Shown one piece after another: positions 1-13,216 of a stretch of DNA of 64,000 nucleotides. A model generated the notes under the pieces. The model saw only the letters and a program-made list of their open reading frames with translations, did no database searches and was not told the DNA's origin. The position numbers were made by a program, and so were the translations under genes. Each line of letters starts with the position of its first letter. The first letter of the stretch is position 1. The stretch spans positions 17,300,001-17,364,000 of the forward strand of contig CM059433.1 in the NCBI GenBank assembly GCA_030390025.1. The letters are read 5' to 3'. Origin of the DNA: Squalus acanthias. Taxonomy: Eukaryota.

Positions 1-1384
1 TCTGGTGAACTGTTGCAAGAATGCTAAAATAAAAAGAAAAAGGTAGTGTCGAGCTGTTATAAACCGTTTCATTCCCAGCACCAGCTAAATAAAGATTCAT
101 CGCTTTTTAAATTTTTTTTTTTACATCTTGCACTTTGAACTGGAATGGAAAAATAATAGAGAATGTCAAAACTGGGGATGTAATTAAAGGAAGAGCTAAA
201 GAAAGAAATCTAAATGTATTTTTTTTTAAAGTATGTCACTTCAGCTCTTATTCATAAAGCAATTGTTGCTTCCGTGGTGAGCCTCTCATTAAACCCGATA
301 GCAGGGACTCGGATTTAATTGAGATTTTCTGTCGACTCTTTGGTCAAATATAACAACCTTTACCCGAAATTCTGGATTTGTTTGCTAATATTGAGCAGCT
401 TGCTGCAGAGTAAATGTGCTTTATGTTGTGGGAACATATACAGGAACTGAATATCCGTTACCTTTGGAGTAATATGCAGGTGTGGGAGATTTCAAGTTCT
501 GTTGTTGTATTTGTTTTGCCGAATTCTGAAATGTGTTACTGTTCAACATTTTGAAATGTGGATCTTGTTATTATTTTCTTTTAGATGTATTTATGTACAA
601 AGGTACCTCTATTTAGCTCATAATAGCTAATTCCCAGCTGGATCCTGTTGGCTTATCACAAATAGAGTAAAGAAACCAGCTGCAGTTGGATTGCTAAAAA
701 TATTATGAAGGAGGATCATTATTGTGTTGAATAGAATCCAACCAGGATGAATTAAAGAGATAAGCTGACTGTAATTTCTGATGATAATGAACTTAAAATC
801 TTCTTTGAGCCCATAATAGAGGCCCATCCTTCTTGAGAAGATTCAATCTTCAGACTCTATAGCCTGGGTTTTCTGATCAGCATTATTTAAAGTTAGTGGT
901 AACCCACTTAAAATAAATGGTACAATGTTGATTGAAAAATCTAGGCTTAGACCTCCTGAACTCTTTATTGCCTCCCTAGTTCTGGAAGATTGCTTCAAGA
1001 TAGAACATTATTTTTCACTTTACTGTCATTAAAGAAAGGAGAGTCAAGTTGCAAGAAATTTGATTAAGAGTGATGTACAGTAATGTGCTTCTTACATTGT
1101 TCATGGGTCAATAACAGAAGTTGGCTATCTTGCAGTTTAATTCTCCTCAAAGCATTATTTTAGGGATCAGCAAAGTTAAGTGAATATTATGTGAATGCTA
1201 ATGTCTTTTGTATATTCCACAAATTTGTATCTCCATTTAAATAGATATATTTTTATTCGGCCAAATTTGCAGTAATGGCGCTTCACAGTTTGTGAATACC
1301 AGACATAAATAAAGTACATTTACAGATGCTCTGCTGAAAGTTTTTGGCAAATTCCTGCTCTGTGGGGAGAATATTGGGGTGGGG

Positions 1385-1712
1385 GGTGGGGAGAAATTGT
1401 TTTTTGTTGCACCCTCTCCTTTTTTCCGGGCGTAAAACAGGGGAAGTCCAATTTTGGGATGCAATGTCCCACGCCCGATCTGCGCCTGGGGTATGGGTGT
1501 TGACATATTGGTGAAAACGGCATCCTAAGCGTCAGTGGTGCCCGCCTGAAACAGGCCGCTTGCATATGTAAATGCGGGGCCTAACGCCTGTTTCAGGGCC
1601 CCTCCAGGAAATTTGGCGGGCTCTGGACCTAGTCTGCTCAGCATTACCTGGTCTACCTGCGGCCAAACCAGCGGTCCTTAAGGGATTTCTGGAGGCTACC
1701 ACCAAAAATGTA
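1385..1712. mobile_element. Probable one-ended fragment of a Harbinger-type non-autonomous DNA element
   Basis: Begins GGGGAGAAATT like other MITE ends in the window; CpG-rich; internal inverted repeat CCTGAAACAGG...CCTGTTTCAGG. No right TIR found; abuts a CR1. Confidence 0.35.
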
Positions 1713-1717
1713 AGATT

Positions 1718-3845
1718 TTTTTAATACATTAATGACTTGGACTTGGGGGTACAGGGCACAATTTTGAAATTTGCAGATGAGACAAAACTTGGAAGTGTAT
1801 TAAACAGTGAGGAAGACAGTAATAGACTTCAAAAGGACATAGACAGGCTTATGTAATGGGTGGACACATGGCAGATGAAATTCAACATAGAAAAGTGTGA
1901 GATGATGCATTTTGGTAGGAAGAATGAGGAGAGATAACACAAGCATCTCCTTTAAAATTGTATCATTTAGCAAGAATAAAGAGACCTGGGGGTGTTTGTG
2001 CACAAACCTTTAAATGTGGCAGGACAGATAACAAAGCAGTTAATAAAGCATATGGGATCCCGGGCTTTATAAAAACCTATCTAAAACACTAGTTTGGTCC
2101 CAGCTGGAGTATTGTGCCCAATTCTGGGCTCATAGATTCATAGAAGATAGGAGCAGGAGTAGGCCATTCGGCCCCTCGAGCCTGCTCCGCCATTCGATGA
2201 GATCATGGCTGATCATCCAAACTCAGTACCTTGTACCTGCCTTCTCCCCATATCCCTTGATACCTTTAGCTTTAAGAAATATATCTAACTCCTTCTTGAA
2301 TATATTTAATGATTTGGCCTCAACTACCTTCTGTGGTAGAGAATTCCACAGGTTCATCACTCTCTGGGTGAAGAAATTCTTCCTCATTTCTGTCCTAAAT
2401 GACTTACCCCTTATCCTTAGATTATGACCCCTGGTTCTGGACTCTCCGACCATTGGGAACATTCTTCCTGCATCGAGTTTGTCCAGACCTGTCAGAATTT
2501 TATATGTTTTGATGAGATCCCCTCTCATTCTTCTATACTCCAGCGAGTATAAGCCCAATCGACCCAATCTCTTCTCATATGTCATTCCTGCCATCCCAGG
2601 TATCAGCCTTGTGAATCTTCGCTGAACTCCTTCCATGGCAAGAACATCCTTCCTCAGATAAGGCGACCAAAACTGCACACAGTACTCAAGGTGTGGTCTC
2701 ACCAAGGCCCTGTACAACTGCAGCAGGACATCCCTGTTCCTATACGCAAACCCTTTCGCTATGAAGGCCAACATACCATTTGCCTTCTTCACCGCCTGCT
2801 GCACCTGCATGCTTACCTTCAGCGACTGGTGCACAAGGACACCCAGGTCTCGTTGCACTTCCCCTTCTCCCAATCTATTGCCATTCAGATAATAGTCTGC
2901 CTTTCTGTTTTTGACACCAAAGTGGATAACCTCGCATTTATCTACATTATATTGCATCTGCCACGCTTCTGCCCACTCACCCAACCTGTCCAAATCATCC
3001 TGGAGTTTCTCGGTATCCTCCTCACAGCACACACGCCCACCCAGCTTTGTGTCATCTGCAAACTTGGAGATATTACATTTAGTTCCCTTATCTAGATCAT
3101 TAATGTATATTGTGAATAGCTGGGGTCCAAGGACCGATCCCTGCGGTACCCCACTAGTCACTGCCTGCCACTCGGAAAAAGACCCATTAATTCCTACTCT
3201 CTGCTTTCTGTCCACCAACCAGTTCTCTATCCAAGTCAATACCTTGCCCCCAATCCCATGTGCCTTAACTTTACACGCTAATCTCTTATGCGGGACCTTA
3301 TCGAAAGCCTTTTGAAAGTCCCAATACACCTTAGGAAGGATGTTAAGGCTTTGGAGCGGGTACAGAAGAGATTCCAGGTTCCAGATTCCAGGGATGTTGG
3401 ATTACAGTTATGTGGATAGACTGGAGAAGCTGGGGTTGCTCTCTTAGAGCAGAGAAGGCTAATGGGAAATTTGATAAAGTGCTTAAAATCATGAAGGGTT
3501 TAGATAGAGTAAATAAAGAGAAACTATTTCCAATGGCTGAAGGGTCGATAACCAGAGGGCACAGATTTAAGGTGATTGGCGAAAGAACCAGAGATGACAT
3601 GAGGAAAAACTTTTTTACGCAATGAGTGGTTAGGATTTGGAATGCACTGCCTGATTGGGTGGTAGATACAGAGTCAATAGTAGCTTTCAAAGAGGAATTG
3701 GATAAATACTTGAAGGAGAAAAAGTTGCAGGGATATGGGGAAAGAGCAGGGGGAGTGGGACTAACTGGATTGCTCTTTGAAAGAGCCGGCGCAGACTCGA
3801 TGGGCCGAATGGCCTTCTTTTGTGCTGTACTGATCTATGATTCTA
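1718..3845 (+). mobile_element. Decayed 5'-truncated CR1 LINE, split by a younger CR1 at 2130-3330
   Basis: RT motifs INDLD, KFADETKLG, WQMKFNIEKCE with stops; continues after the insertion (RKNFFTQ, WNALP) to a CTATGATTCTA tail. Confidence 0.9.
2130..3330 (-). mobile_element. Young 5'-truncated CR1 LINE (RT C-terminal half, uninterrupted 368-aa frame 2223-3329)
   Basis: DFQKAFDKVPH, GVPQGSVLGP, KFADDTK; CR1 3'UTR and CTATGAATCTATGA tail at 2130-2145. Confidence 0.95.
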
Positions 3846-4970
3846 CTTGCGTTGATGGAGGAGCAGGAGTGCCTGCTCCCAGATCCACAGCAGTATTGCG
3901 GGTTGCTGCATAACCGCGCTCAGTCCCCCTCCCGTTCTCCTCCCTCCCTCTCCCAGAACGTAACTGAGGGCCGCTGCCAGCGAGGCTGTTGGCCCAAATT
4001 GGTCCCAGCCAACAGGCGAGCTGCCTCTGCAGGCGCAACAGGCACCGACAGCTCATCACTAATTATTACAGTGAGGCCCGAGGCTCACTTTCTGTTCCAC
4101 CTCGGGTCTCCCGGTTCCCAGCACGCGGCGTCAACTATGGTTTTGACCTGACTTAGAGAGAAGAGTTCCGAAACTCCTTGGAGGAGGCAGTCTCACGGCA
4201 TAATTCCAGTGAAGTGTCGAGCTTGTCTTATAAAGGGCTTATTGGATGCCTTGGATCTCCTGAGTACCTTTTTAAACTTAACCTGGAGTTCACTTCAATG
4301 CTTAGTGCGTGTGTGCACTCTCTCACAGACCACCTATAAGTCTCAGTATTTTAAAGAATTTGGTTGCACATTAGCTCAATAATAATCTGTACTATCAAAG
4401 TAAGAACCTGGTTTCATAACTTAGAGTCTGAAATCATGGAGCCATTGTTTTTGGACTCCTCTCAAATGCATCAATGCTCTTTTGAAGGTAGGGTACTGAA
4501 AATTGTACTCAATATCTCAAATGTGGTCTCATCCAGCGAATGAACTGATGGAAAAGTCTGGCATTTTTATGAAAGAATTGGTAGAGAACTTTTTTTTTTT
4601 AAGTTAAGTGTTATAATTTTGACTTAGAGGTATTTGCTGTAAAATTGTACTTGCAAATGTTATTCTCCTCATGCGGTGTCCATGTTGCTTAAAACCCATG
4701 CTTATATTATCTAATCACTATTTGATTTACATCCTTCTCCCCCACATCGATGTCATCACCATCAGCATCATCTCCTACTGTTTTCAAACTTGTTAGTGTC
4801 GAGCACTATATGACTTGGCCCTTTGCCCTAGGTTTCTCAATAAAAAAAGAATTGTGAATGTCGAATTCAAATCTATTCACTCCTCTGGATGATGATTTCA
4901 CCATTGCTTTATCTATGAGCTTAGTCCCATTTTCCTATTATAATAGAACTGAATTTAGATTTATGGGGGT

Positions 4971-5831
4971 GGGGGAGTTTTAACCTAAAAAAACAGGTGG
5001 GTTGGGGGCATATGGATAGTTAAAGATTTAAAAATCTGAATCCTGACCTGAACCCGCCTCCAACCCGCCCACTTCCAGTTTTAACGGAGGCGGGACAGGG
5101 GCAGGCAGCCAATCCGCTGCCAGGAGGCGGGTCATCTATTTAAATATTATAATGAGGCTGGTAGCCTCTGCTTTAACCTCCACTTTAAATTTATCTTTAG
5201 CTGGTCCGGTTTTAAACGCCTCGTGAAACCCGCCAGCTAATGCAAGGTGAGGACTGCTCGACCCAGGAGGTAAGTGGCTTTACACTTATCTCCTGGATCC
5301 AGCGTCCCTACCTAACCCACCTCCTGCAATTGGAGACCCCTTCCCCCCACGGGGCCTATGATTCCGTCCCCCCAGGCCGCCGATTTCCCTGCCCCCCCCC
5401 CCAAGCCTTCCCCCACCCTCCTCCAGTCCCTGATCTTCACCTATCTCCCCCACTCCCAACTCCTGTGCTGGTCCCAGCCTCCGATCCCTCTCAGACTCCC
5501 CCACCCCCGTGTTGGTCTCGACCCCAGATCCTCTTGCGATGCCTCCCTCTGCTCCTCCGGCCACTCTCTGGCCCGCGATCGATCACGAATCCCCCCCCTC
5601 ACCTGTGCTCCTCTGACTGCTCCCCGCCCCCCATGTGATCTCTCCCTCCCTCCTCTCTGCGGCCTAGTGCCGCAGGCCTACCAGTCCGGAGCCAGGCAGC
5701 CTCTCAATCTGGCTGGCTGCGGGTGGGAAACAGAGAACTCTCATGCAAACCAGGCCCTGCTGTTAAATTCGGCTTTGGAGACCTCCTCCCCCCCCAACTC
5801 CCAACCCACCATCTCCATTAAAATTCAGCCC
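4971..5831. mobile_element. Harbinger-type MITE
   Basis: Ends GGGGGAGTTTTAA / TTAAAATTCAGCCC; first ~350 nt are the reverse complement of about 47120-47461. Confidence 0.7.
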
Positions 5832-6038
5832 ATAGTTTTAACAAAAACCTTTTTGAGTGAAAGCTGTTTTAAGAATGATTATAACCAACTGTTTGACTGA
5901 TAGCTAGGATTGCGATGTGAACTCTGAAAGGTGCCCTCTCATGCACACTTTCATTTATTAATCACTCGTTGAGTTTGCAAGGAAGTCCCTTAGAATGCAC
6001 ATTAGGAATAAGAAGCTTATCCCTTTATGCCTGAAACT

Positions 6039-6160
6039 AAATACAACAGATGCTGGAAACCTGAAATAAAAACCGAAAATGTTGAGAACACTCAGCAGGT
6101 CAGACAGCAGCTGTGGAGCGAGAAATGTAGGGTTAACGTTTCAGGTCCATAACTTATCAG
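6039..6160 (-). mobile_element. Decayed Penelope-like pseudo-LTR fragment
   Basis: Matches the family at 35172-35305 and 61152-61397; hammerhead stem II is damaged. Confidence 0.75.
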
Positions 6161-7979
6161 CAAAAGTGCAAGTATTAATGGCCAGTACTGCTGTCAGTTA
6201 TATTTAAAAAAAACACTTGTGTATGCAACCCCCAACCCCAGTTCCACAATTTGGGTAGAGTGAGCATTTACTCCTTTACATTTCTCCCATGGGTGGGGCT
6301 AATTTTAATCTAATTTGAATATATATATATTTTAGGTGTGATTTGAGTATTTTAGTTCTTGCATTTGTAAATCGAAAAATGCGGGAAATCCTGTACTGCC
6401 AAACCCATGATTTATTTTTAAAAATCGGAAATTGTTTTAAAAAACAAACGAGTGTTAAAGGAAGCCCAAGCGCTGTGCTGACATTCACTTTTTAAAGTTT
6501 TCAGTGCGGCCTCCACTTCTTGTTTTTTTTTATATAAATGCGCTTTCATGTTTTATTATTCCCCCAGTTTTGTTGGTATTTAGGAGCTGTGCGCCGGGTG
6601 TATGCTGGTCAGTTGGAGCACTGAATATGGAACAAGAGAAAGGAGACTTCAGTCACTGCAGACGACAGCATGAGGGTAAAAGCAGAACCAGGGACGATAA
6701 AGGTGAAAACTGCCGTCAGTGGAGGAGACAACAATGGTGCCGCAAATGGAAAAAAATTCCCTCTGTGTGGTCTGTGTTATATAAAAAAACAAATCAGAAA
6801 GCTATGTGCTGATTTACAATTTCACTCTACATCGCACGCTGAGGAATTCTCTCCCTCCCCCCAAACCCACCCATCCAATGGTGTTAAAATAAGAAAAAGC
6901 TATTGATGTGTTTATGAGCAGAATCCTGCTCTGCTGGTCATCAAGGCAGGCTGCAGCGGGAAGGTAATTAAGTGCAGTATGACTCATCTAGAATTGGTGG
7001 TATGTTTGCGTGAAGGAGTTCAGGAAATAAGAAACTCTCTGCTGTTGAAAAACATGAAATATATTCTGCATTACATTTTTGCAGCAAATCGGTGTGAGGA
7101 ACATTTAATGATATGTTACGTGCTATATTTTTCCTGGATTCTGGTACCCAAAATACTCTCAGCATGAAGGTAGCAGTCATCTGATAGTATGTGCCTTCGG
7201 GCTCAACATCACTCATCTTTATTATCTTTTCACATACGTCATTTAGAATAGCATCTTCGTCTCATAGCAGTTCAGCAGCACTGGTAAGTAACTTAAATGC
7301 AAACTAGTAGCTCATGCTTGAGCCACCTATCACCATCTGAAAGTACTTAATAAACATCTATTATCTATTAAAATAGCTGAGTGGGCTGCAACATCCCCAT
7401 TTCAAAATTCACTGAAAAATGGTATGTCATGCAGTCTCAAATGGCTCACCAATCAGCCCCTTCCCCAGTGAGTAGCATCCCAGCTCTGTGCAGCATTGTC
7501 CCCTAACCTGCCCCCACCTCATGAGCAGCATTACAGTCCCATTCCCCAACTTAGCAGTATTTCGGCCCTGAATTCCTCCTCCCTCCATTGAGCATCATTA
7601 TGGCCCCCTCCCATTCCCCACCCAATCCACACTATGGCCCTCAAGCCCCCTCCCCACTGAGCCAAATTTCGGCCCGTGGCCTCCCTCTCCTACTGATTAA
7701 CGGCTAGGCCCCTCACTGTGTGGATTCTTGGTCTTCCCCTACCCCCCACTGAATGGGGAAGTCGCCCATCGCCCACTGTCCCCCACCACAGAACATCAAA
7801 ACAGGCCCTGGGAAACTCTTCGCCCTATCATCAATCATCTTAACATCACTTCCTCATTAATCATCTTAACATCATACCCTCTCCTCCTCTTCCTCATCCT
7901 CATTTCCCTCTTTCCATCTTCCTCTCTTTCTCCCTCCTTTTTGCCTCCTTCTCTTCACCCTCCCCCCCACCCCCCACCC

Positions 7980-7983
<4 letters not shown>

Positions 7984-8013
<30 letters not shown>
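7984..8013. repeat. (CT)n microsatellite in a polypyrimidine tract
   Basis: Direct reading. Confidence 0.9.
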
Positions 8014-8016
<3 letters not shown>

Positions 8017-8759
8017 TCCCTCTGCCTCCTACCCTCTCTTCTCCTTCCCGATCTGGGTCCAGTTACTCCTGGCCCTCTGACCCTGCTTGACCCAAATACT
8101 GCACTTGATCTAGTCTTCCCCATGTGCAATGCCATGGGAAACTGACGAGCTGTACGATACATTTTTTTAAATGACCAGCAGATACAAAAACATAAACTGA
8201 TTCTTGCCACTCTGACCTTATAAACCACCCGTGATATATTCTTTCAGTTACGTTCCCACCAGAAACCCTTGCTTTAACTATTGCCTTGAATCTGACCAAT
8301 CCTTGCTAAATGTCAGAGACTTGTTATTAATAGCCATATTTCTGCTCTTACTCAGAACCACATCCATTTGTGAAATTCTCCCTTTTGGAGTGCAAAGTAG
8401 TTTGACAAATTGGGAAAAGAATTGGCTCCAGCAAGGCAGGAAACCATTACTGTCCTCTCCTCCCTTTAACCTGTTTTAATGATGCTGACCACGAGTTAGG
8501 CCCTCTTTTTTTGCACAACATTAAAAGTGGCTTTCGTATATTTGCAATAGACTAAGTGCATAATGTTTACCGTACATGCCAACCAGAAAAGCTAGCAAAC
8601 GCTGACAAAGGTTTGCCAAATAGCTGACAACTCAAAAACAGCCCTGAATAAAAGCTCATGACCTACGAATGTAGTTGCACTGAAAGGGCAGTGGGACACA
8701 GGTTTATTACCTAAGCTGACATACCCTCAATTTAAGCTTCTTTGTCTCTAAGATTGAGA

Positions 8760-9665
8760 AAATTGGTGGAGTGGTAAATAGCGAGGAGGGAAGTCTCAGG
8801 CTACAGGACAATATAGATGGGTTGGTTAGATGGGCAGAACAGTGGCAAATGGAATTTAACTCTGAAAAGTGTGAGGTGATGCATTTTGGGAGGACAAACA
8901 AGGCAAGGGAATACACAATGAATGGTAGGATCCTAGGAAGGACAGAGGATCAGAGGGACCTTGGTGTGCATGTACATAGATCCCTGAAGGCAGCAGGACA
9001 GGTAGATAAGGTGGTTAAAAAGGCATATGGGATACTTGCTTTCATTAGCCGAGGCATAGAATATAAGAGCAGGGAGGTTATAATGGAGCTGTACAAAACG
9101 CTAGTTAGGCCACAGCTGGAATACGGTGTACAGTTATGGTTGCCACACTATAGGAAGGATGTGATTGCATTGGAGAGGGTGCAGAGGAGATTCACCAGGA
9201 TGTTACCTGGGCTGGAGCGCTTCAGCTCTGAAGAGAGACTGGACAGGCTGGGGTTGTTTTCCTTAGAGCAGAGAAGGCTGAGGGGGGACCTGATTGAGGT
9301 GTACAAAATTATGAGGGGCATAGATAGGGTAGATAGAAAGGAACTTTTCCCCTTAGTAGAGGGGTCAATAACCAGGGGGCATAGTTTCAAGGTAAGGGGC
9401 AGGAGGATTAGAGGGGATTGGAGGAAAAACTTTTTCACCCAGAGGGTGGTTGGAATCTGGAACTCACTGCCTGAAAAGGTGGTAGAGGCAGGAACCCTCA
9501 CAACATTCAAGAAGCATTTAGATGAGCACTTGAAACGCCATAGCATACAAGGCTACGGACCAAGTGCTGGAAAATGGGATTAAAATAGACAGGGCTTGAT
9601 GGCCGGCGCAGACACGATGGGCTGAAGGGCCTCTTTCTGTGCTGTATAACTCTATGACTCTATGA
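8760..9665 (+). mobile_element. 5'-truncated CR1 LINE nested in L2 (uninterrupted 270-aa frame)
   Basis: WQMEFNSEKCEVMHFG...RKNFFTQRVVGIWNSLP; tail CTATGACTCTATGA. Confidence 0.95.
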
Positions 9666-11090
9666 CCATCCATTCCGCTGCCTCTGCCACTTCCCTTCCT
9701 TCCCCTAGCCCACCGGGCCAAACTTCCTCTGAGGTTCCCCCCCGCCCTAGCCCTGAACTCACATCTTTCTCCAGTTTCTCTCCGATTTCCCCTCATGACC
9801 TCTCCGCACTCATCTTGTCCATGAGATCCACTTCCTGCTCCCTCGACCCTATTCTCACCAAACTGCTGACCACTCAACTTCTTTTTCTGGCTCCCATGTT
9901 AGCTGACATTGTTAACGGTTCTCGCTCAGGTACTGACCCCCTCTCCCTCAAATCTGCCGTCATCACCCCTGTCCTCAAAAAAACAACCCTTGACCCCTCC
10001 TTCCTTGCAAACTGCCGCCCCATCTCCAACCTCCCTTTCCTCTCCAAAGTCCTTGAACATGTTGTCGCTTCACAAATCCGTGCCCATCTTTCCCGCAATT
10101 CCATGTTTGAATCCCTCCAATCAGGTTTCCGCCCTTGCCACAGTACCGAAACGGCTTTCATCAAAGTCACAAATTACATCCTTTGTGACTGTGACAAAGG
10201 TGACAGTCCTTCTTGACTTGTCTGCAGCCTTTGACACGGTTGACCACTCCACCGTCGTCCAGCTGGGTGGAACTGCACTCGCCTGGTTCCATTCTTATCT
10301 ATCTAATCGTAGCCAGAGAATCACCTGCAATGGTTTCTCTTCCTGCTCCCGCATCGTTACCTCTGGTATCCCCCAAGGATCTACCCTTGGCCCCCTCTTA
10401 TTTCTCATCTATATGTTGCCCCTTGGCGACATCATCCAAAAACACAGTGTCAGTTTCCACATGTACGCTGACGACACCCAGCTCTACCTCACTACCACTT
10501 CTCTCAACCCCTCCACGGTCTCTAAATTGTCAGACTGCTTGTCCGACATCCAGTTCTGGATGAGCAGAAATTTTCTCCAGTTAAATATTGGGAAGACCGA
10601 AGCCATTGTTTTCGGTCCCCGCCACAAACTCCGTTCCCCAGCCACTGACTCCATCCCTCTCCCTAACTTCTGACTGAGGCTGAACCACACTGTTCGCAAC
10701 CTTGGTGTCATATTTGACCCTGAAATGAGCTTCCGACCACATATCCGCAGCATAACTAAGAAAGCCTAATTCCACCTCCATAACATCGCCCGTCTCCGCC
10801 CTTGTCTCAGCTCATCCACTGCTGAAACCGTCATCCATGCCTTTGCTACCTCTAGACTTGACTATTCCAACACACTCCTGGCTGGTCTCCCACATTCTAC
10901 TCTACGTAAACTTGAGGTCATCCAAAACTCGGCTGCCCGTGTCCTAACTCGCACCAAGTCCCGTTCACCCATCTCCCCTGTACTCACTGACCTACATTGG
11001 CCTCCGGTTCAGTAACACCTCGATTTCAAAATTCTCATCGTTGTTTTCAAATCCCTCTATGGCCTTGCCCCTCCCTATCTCTGTAATCTC

Positions 11091-12147
11091 ATAGAAGGCA
11101 GAGGGTGGTGGTGGATGGAACATTTTCGGACTGGAGACCAGTTACCAGCGGTGTGCCACAGGGATCGGTGCTGGGTCCTCTGCTGTTTGTGATTTTTATC
11201 AATGACTTGGAGGAGGGAACTGAAGGGTGGATCAGTAAATTTGCTGATGACACCAAGATTGGTGGAGCAGTGGATGAGGTGGAGGGCTGTTGTCGGCTGC
11301 AAAGAGACATTGATAGGATGCAGAGCTGGGCCGAAAAATGGCAGATGGAATTTAACCCTGATAAGTGCGAGGTGATTCATTTTGGTAGGGCAAATTTGAA
11401 TAAGGATTACAGGGTCAACGGCAGGGTTCTGAGGAATGTGGAGGAGCAGAGGGATCTGGGGGTTCATATCCACAGATCTCTGAAGGTTGCCACTCAAGTG
11501 GATAGAGCAGTAAAGAAGGCCTATGGTGTGTTGGCGTTTATTAACAGAGGGTTTGAGTTTAAGAACCGTGAGGTTATGCTGCAACTGTACAGGACCTTGG
11601 TGAGACCACATTTGGAATATTGTGTGCAGTTCTGGTCACCTCACTATAGGAAGGACGTGGAAGCATTGGAAAGAGTGCAAAGGAGATTTACCAGGATGCT
11701 GCCTGGTTTGGGGGGGAGGTCTTATGAGGAAAGATTGAGGGAGTTGGGGCTTTTCTCTTTAGAGCGGAGGAGGATGAGAGGCGACTTAATAGAGGTTTAT
11801 AAGATGATGAGGGGGATAGATAGAGTGGATGTTCAGAGACTATTTCCTCGGGTAGAGGCAGCTGTTACAAGGGGGCATAACTATAAGGTGCATGGGGGGA
11901 GATATAGAAGGGATGTCCGAGGTAGATTCTTTACTCAGAGAGTGGTTGGGGTGTGGAATGGACTGCCTGCTGTGATAGTGGAGTCGGACACTTTAGGAAC
12001 TTTCAAGCGGTTATTGGATAAGCACATGGAGCACACCAGAGTGATAGGGAGTGTGATAGCTTGATCTTGGTCTCGGACAATGCTCGGCACAACATCGAGG
12101 GCCGAAGGGCCTGTACTGTGCTGTACTGTTCTATGTTTCTATGTTTC
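11091..12147 (+). mobile_element. 5'-truncated CR1 LINE nested in L2, 7-bp TSD TAATCTC
   Basis: 319-aa RT frame; tail CTATGTTTCTATGTTTC; TAATCTC at 11084-11090 and 12148-12154; the empty site resembles the L2 paralog near 40355. Confidence 0.95.
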
Positions 12148-13216
12148 TAATCTCCTTCAGCCCCACAACCCCCCGAGATATCTGCGCTCCTCTAATTCTG
12201 CCCTCTTGAGCATCCCTGAGTATAATCGCTCAACCATTAGTGGCCGTGCCTTCTGTTGCTTAGGCCCTAAGCTCTGGAATTCCCTGCATAAACCTCTCCG
12301 CCTCGCTACCTCTCTCTCCTCCTTTAAGACGCTCCTTAAAACCTACCTCTTTCCTGCCCTAATTTCTCCATATGTGGCTTGGTGTCAAATTTTTTGGCTT
12401 TAATACTCCTGTGTGGCGCCTTGTGACGTTTTACTACGTTAAGGCGCTATATAAATACAAGTTGTTGTTGTTGTTGTTGTTGTTGTTGGATATACCCAAC
12501 ATTCCCTCAATTTAAACTGTGAATTTACCAACATTCCCTCAATTTAAATACCTGAAAGCCTGAAAGGAGGTACATGTATTGAAGGCAATGATTAACTTTT
12601 AGAAGGTTTTAGGCATGTTTTGGAATCCACAATGCTTTTTTTCCCATCTGAAAAGGGAAATTTGTTCAATTTTATTGAAAAATACGCTTCAGTTGCCATT
12701 TTTGGGAATTAATTATTTTTCTTTATAATTTAAAACTTCCTTCTTCCTGTAGCGACAGATAATCTATGGCAAATAAGGGGTTTAAGCCCAGTGTATTGTT
12801 CATGCGGTGATTCCAGTGAGGGTTAGAGGCAGAAAATTTAGAATTGTAACGCTTTTATAATTTACAATTGATACACTTTTAATCCTTTAAAAAAAAATGA
12901 CAGACATTTGGGTTTTTCAACAGACCAATCAAACCCACTCTGTCAAAGCACCAGTGCCAGGGTCTCTTCCCCTCCCACACAAAGTGCTGCTCCCAGTTTC
13001 TTCTCTCATCAACTGCTCCCCCAAAGAGCAGATATTACCTTCTGCCCCTCTCTCCAAGTGCTGATCTCCTGGCTTCCTTCCTTTCTCTGTCTCTATCTCT
13101 GCCTCTGTCTTTTTCCCCTACCTCCCACAACGTGCTCCCTTTCTTCCCCTTCCAAGTGCTGCTATGGGCTTATCTTTCTCTCTTCGCCATGCTGCTGTGG
13201 GGCTAACATACACTTT

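Larger units (their letters stand above)
8737..12488 (+). mobile_element. 5'-truncated L2-type LINE carrying two nested CR1 insertions
   Basis: FFVSKIE|TIHSAAS frame rejoins across the first CR1; [44 protein letters not shown]; 3' end GGCGCTATATAAATACAAG(TTG)n. Confidence 0.92.

Noticed and set aside
2691..3315. ORFs antisense to LINE RT (also 9148, 11075, 29183-31837, 49925)
   Set aside because: Shadow frames of CR1 or L2 coding sequence.
6627..6675. MEQEKGDFSHCRRQHEG as the CTBP2 short-isoform first exon
   Set aside because: Phase fits, but the donor is weak and it does not resemble the recalled MALVDKHKVKRQRLDRICEG; I did not find that exon in the window.
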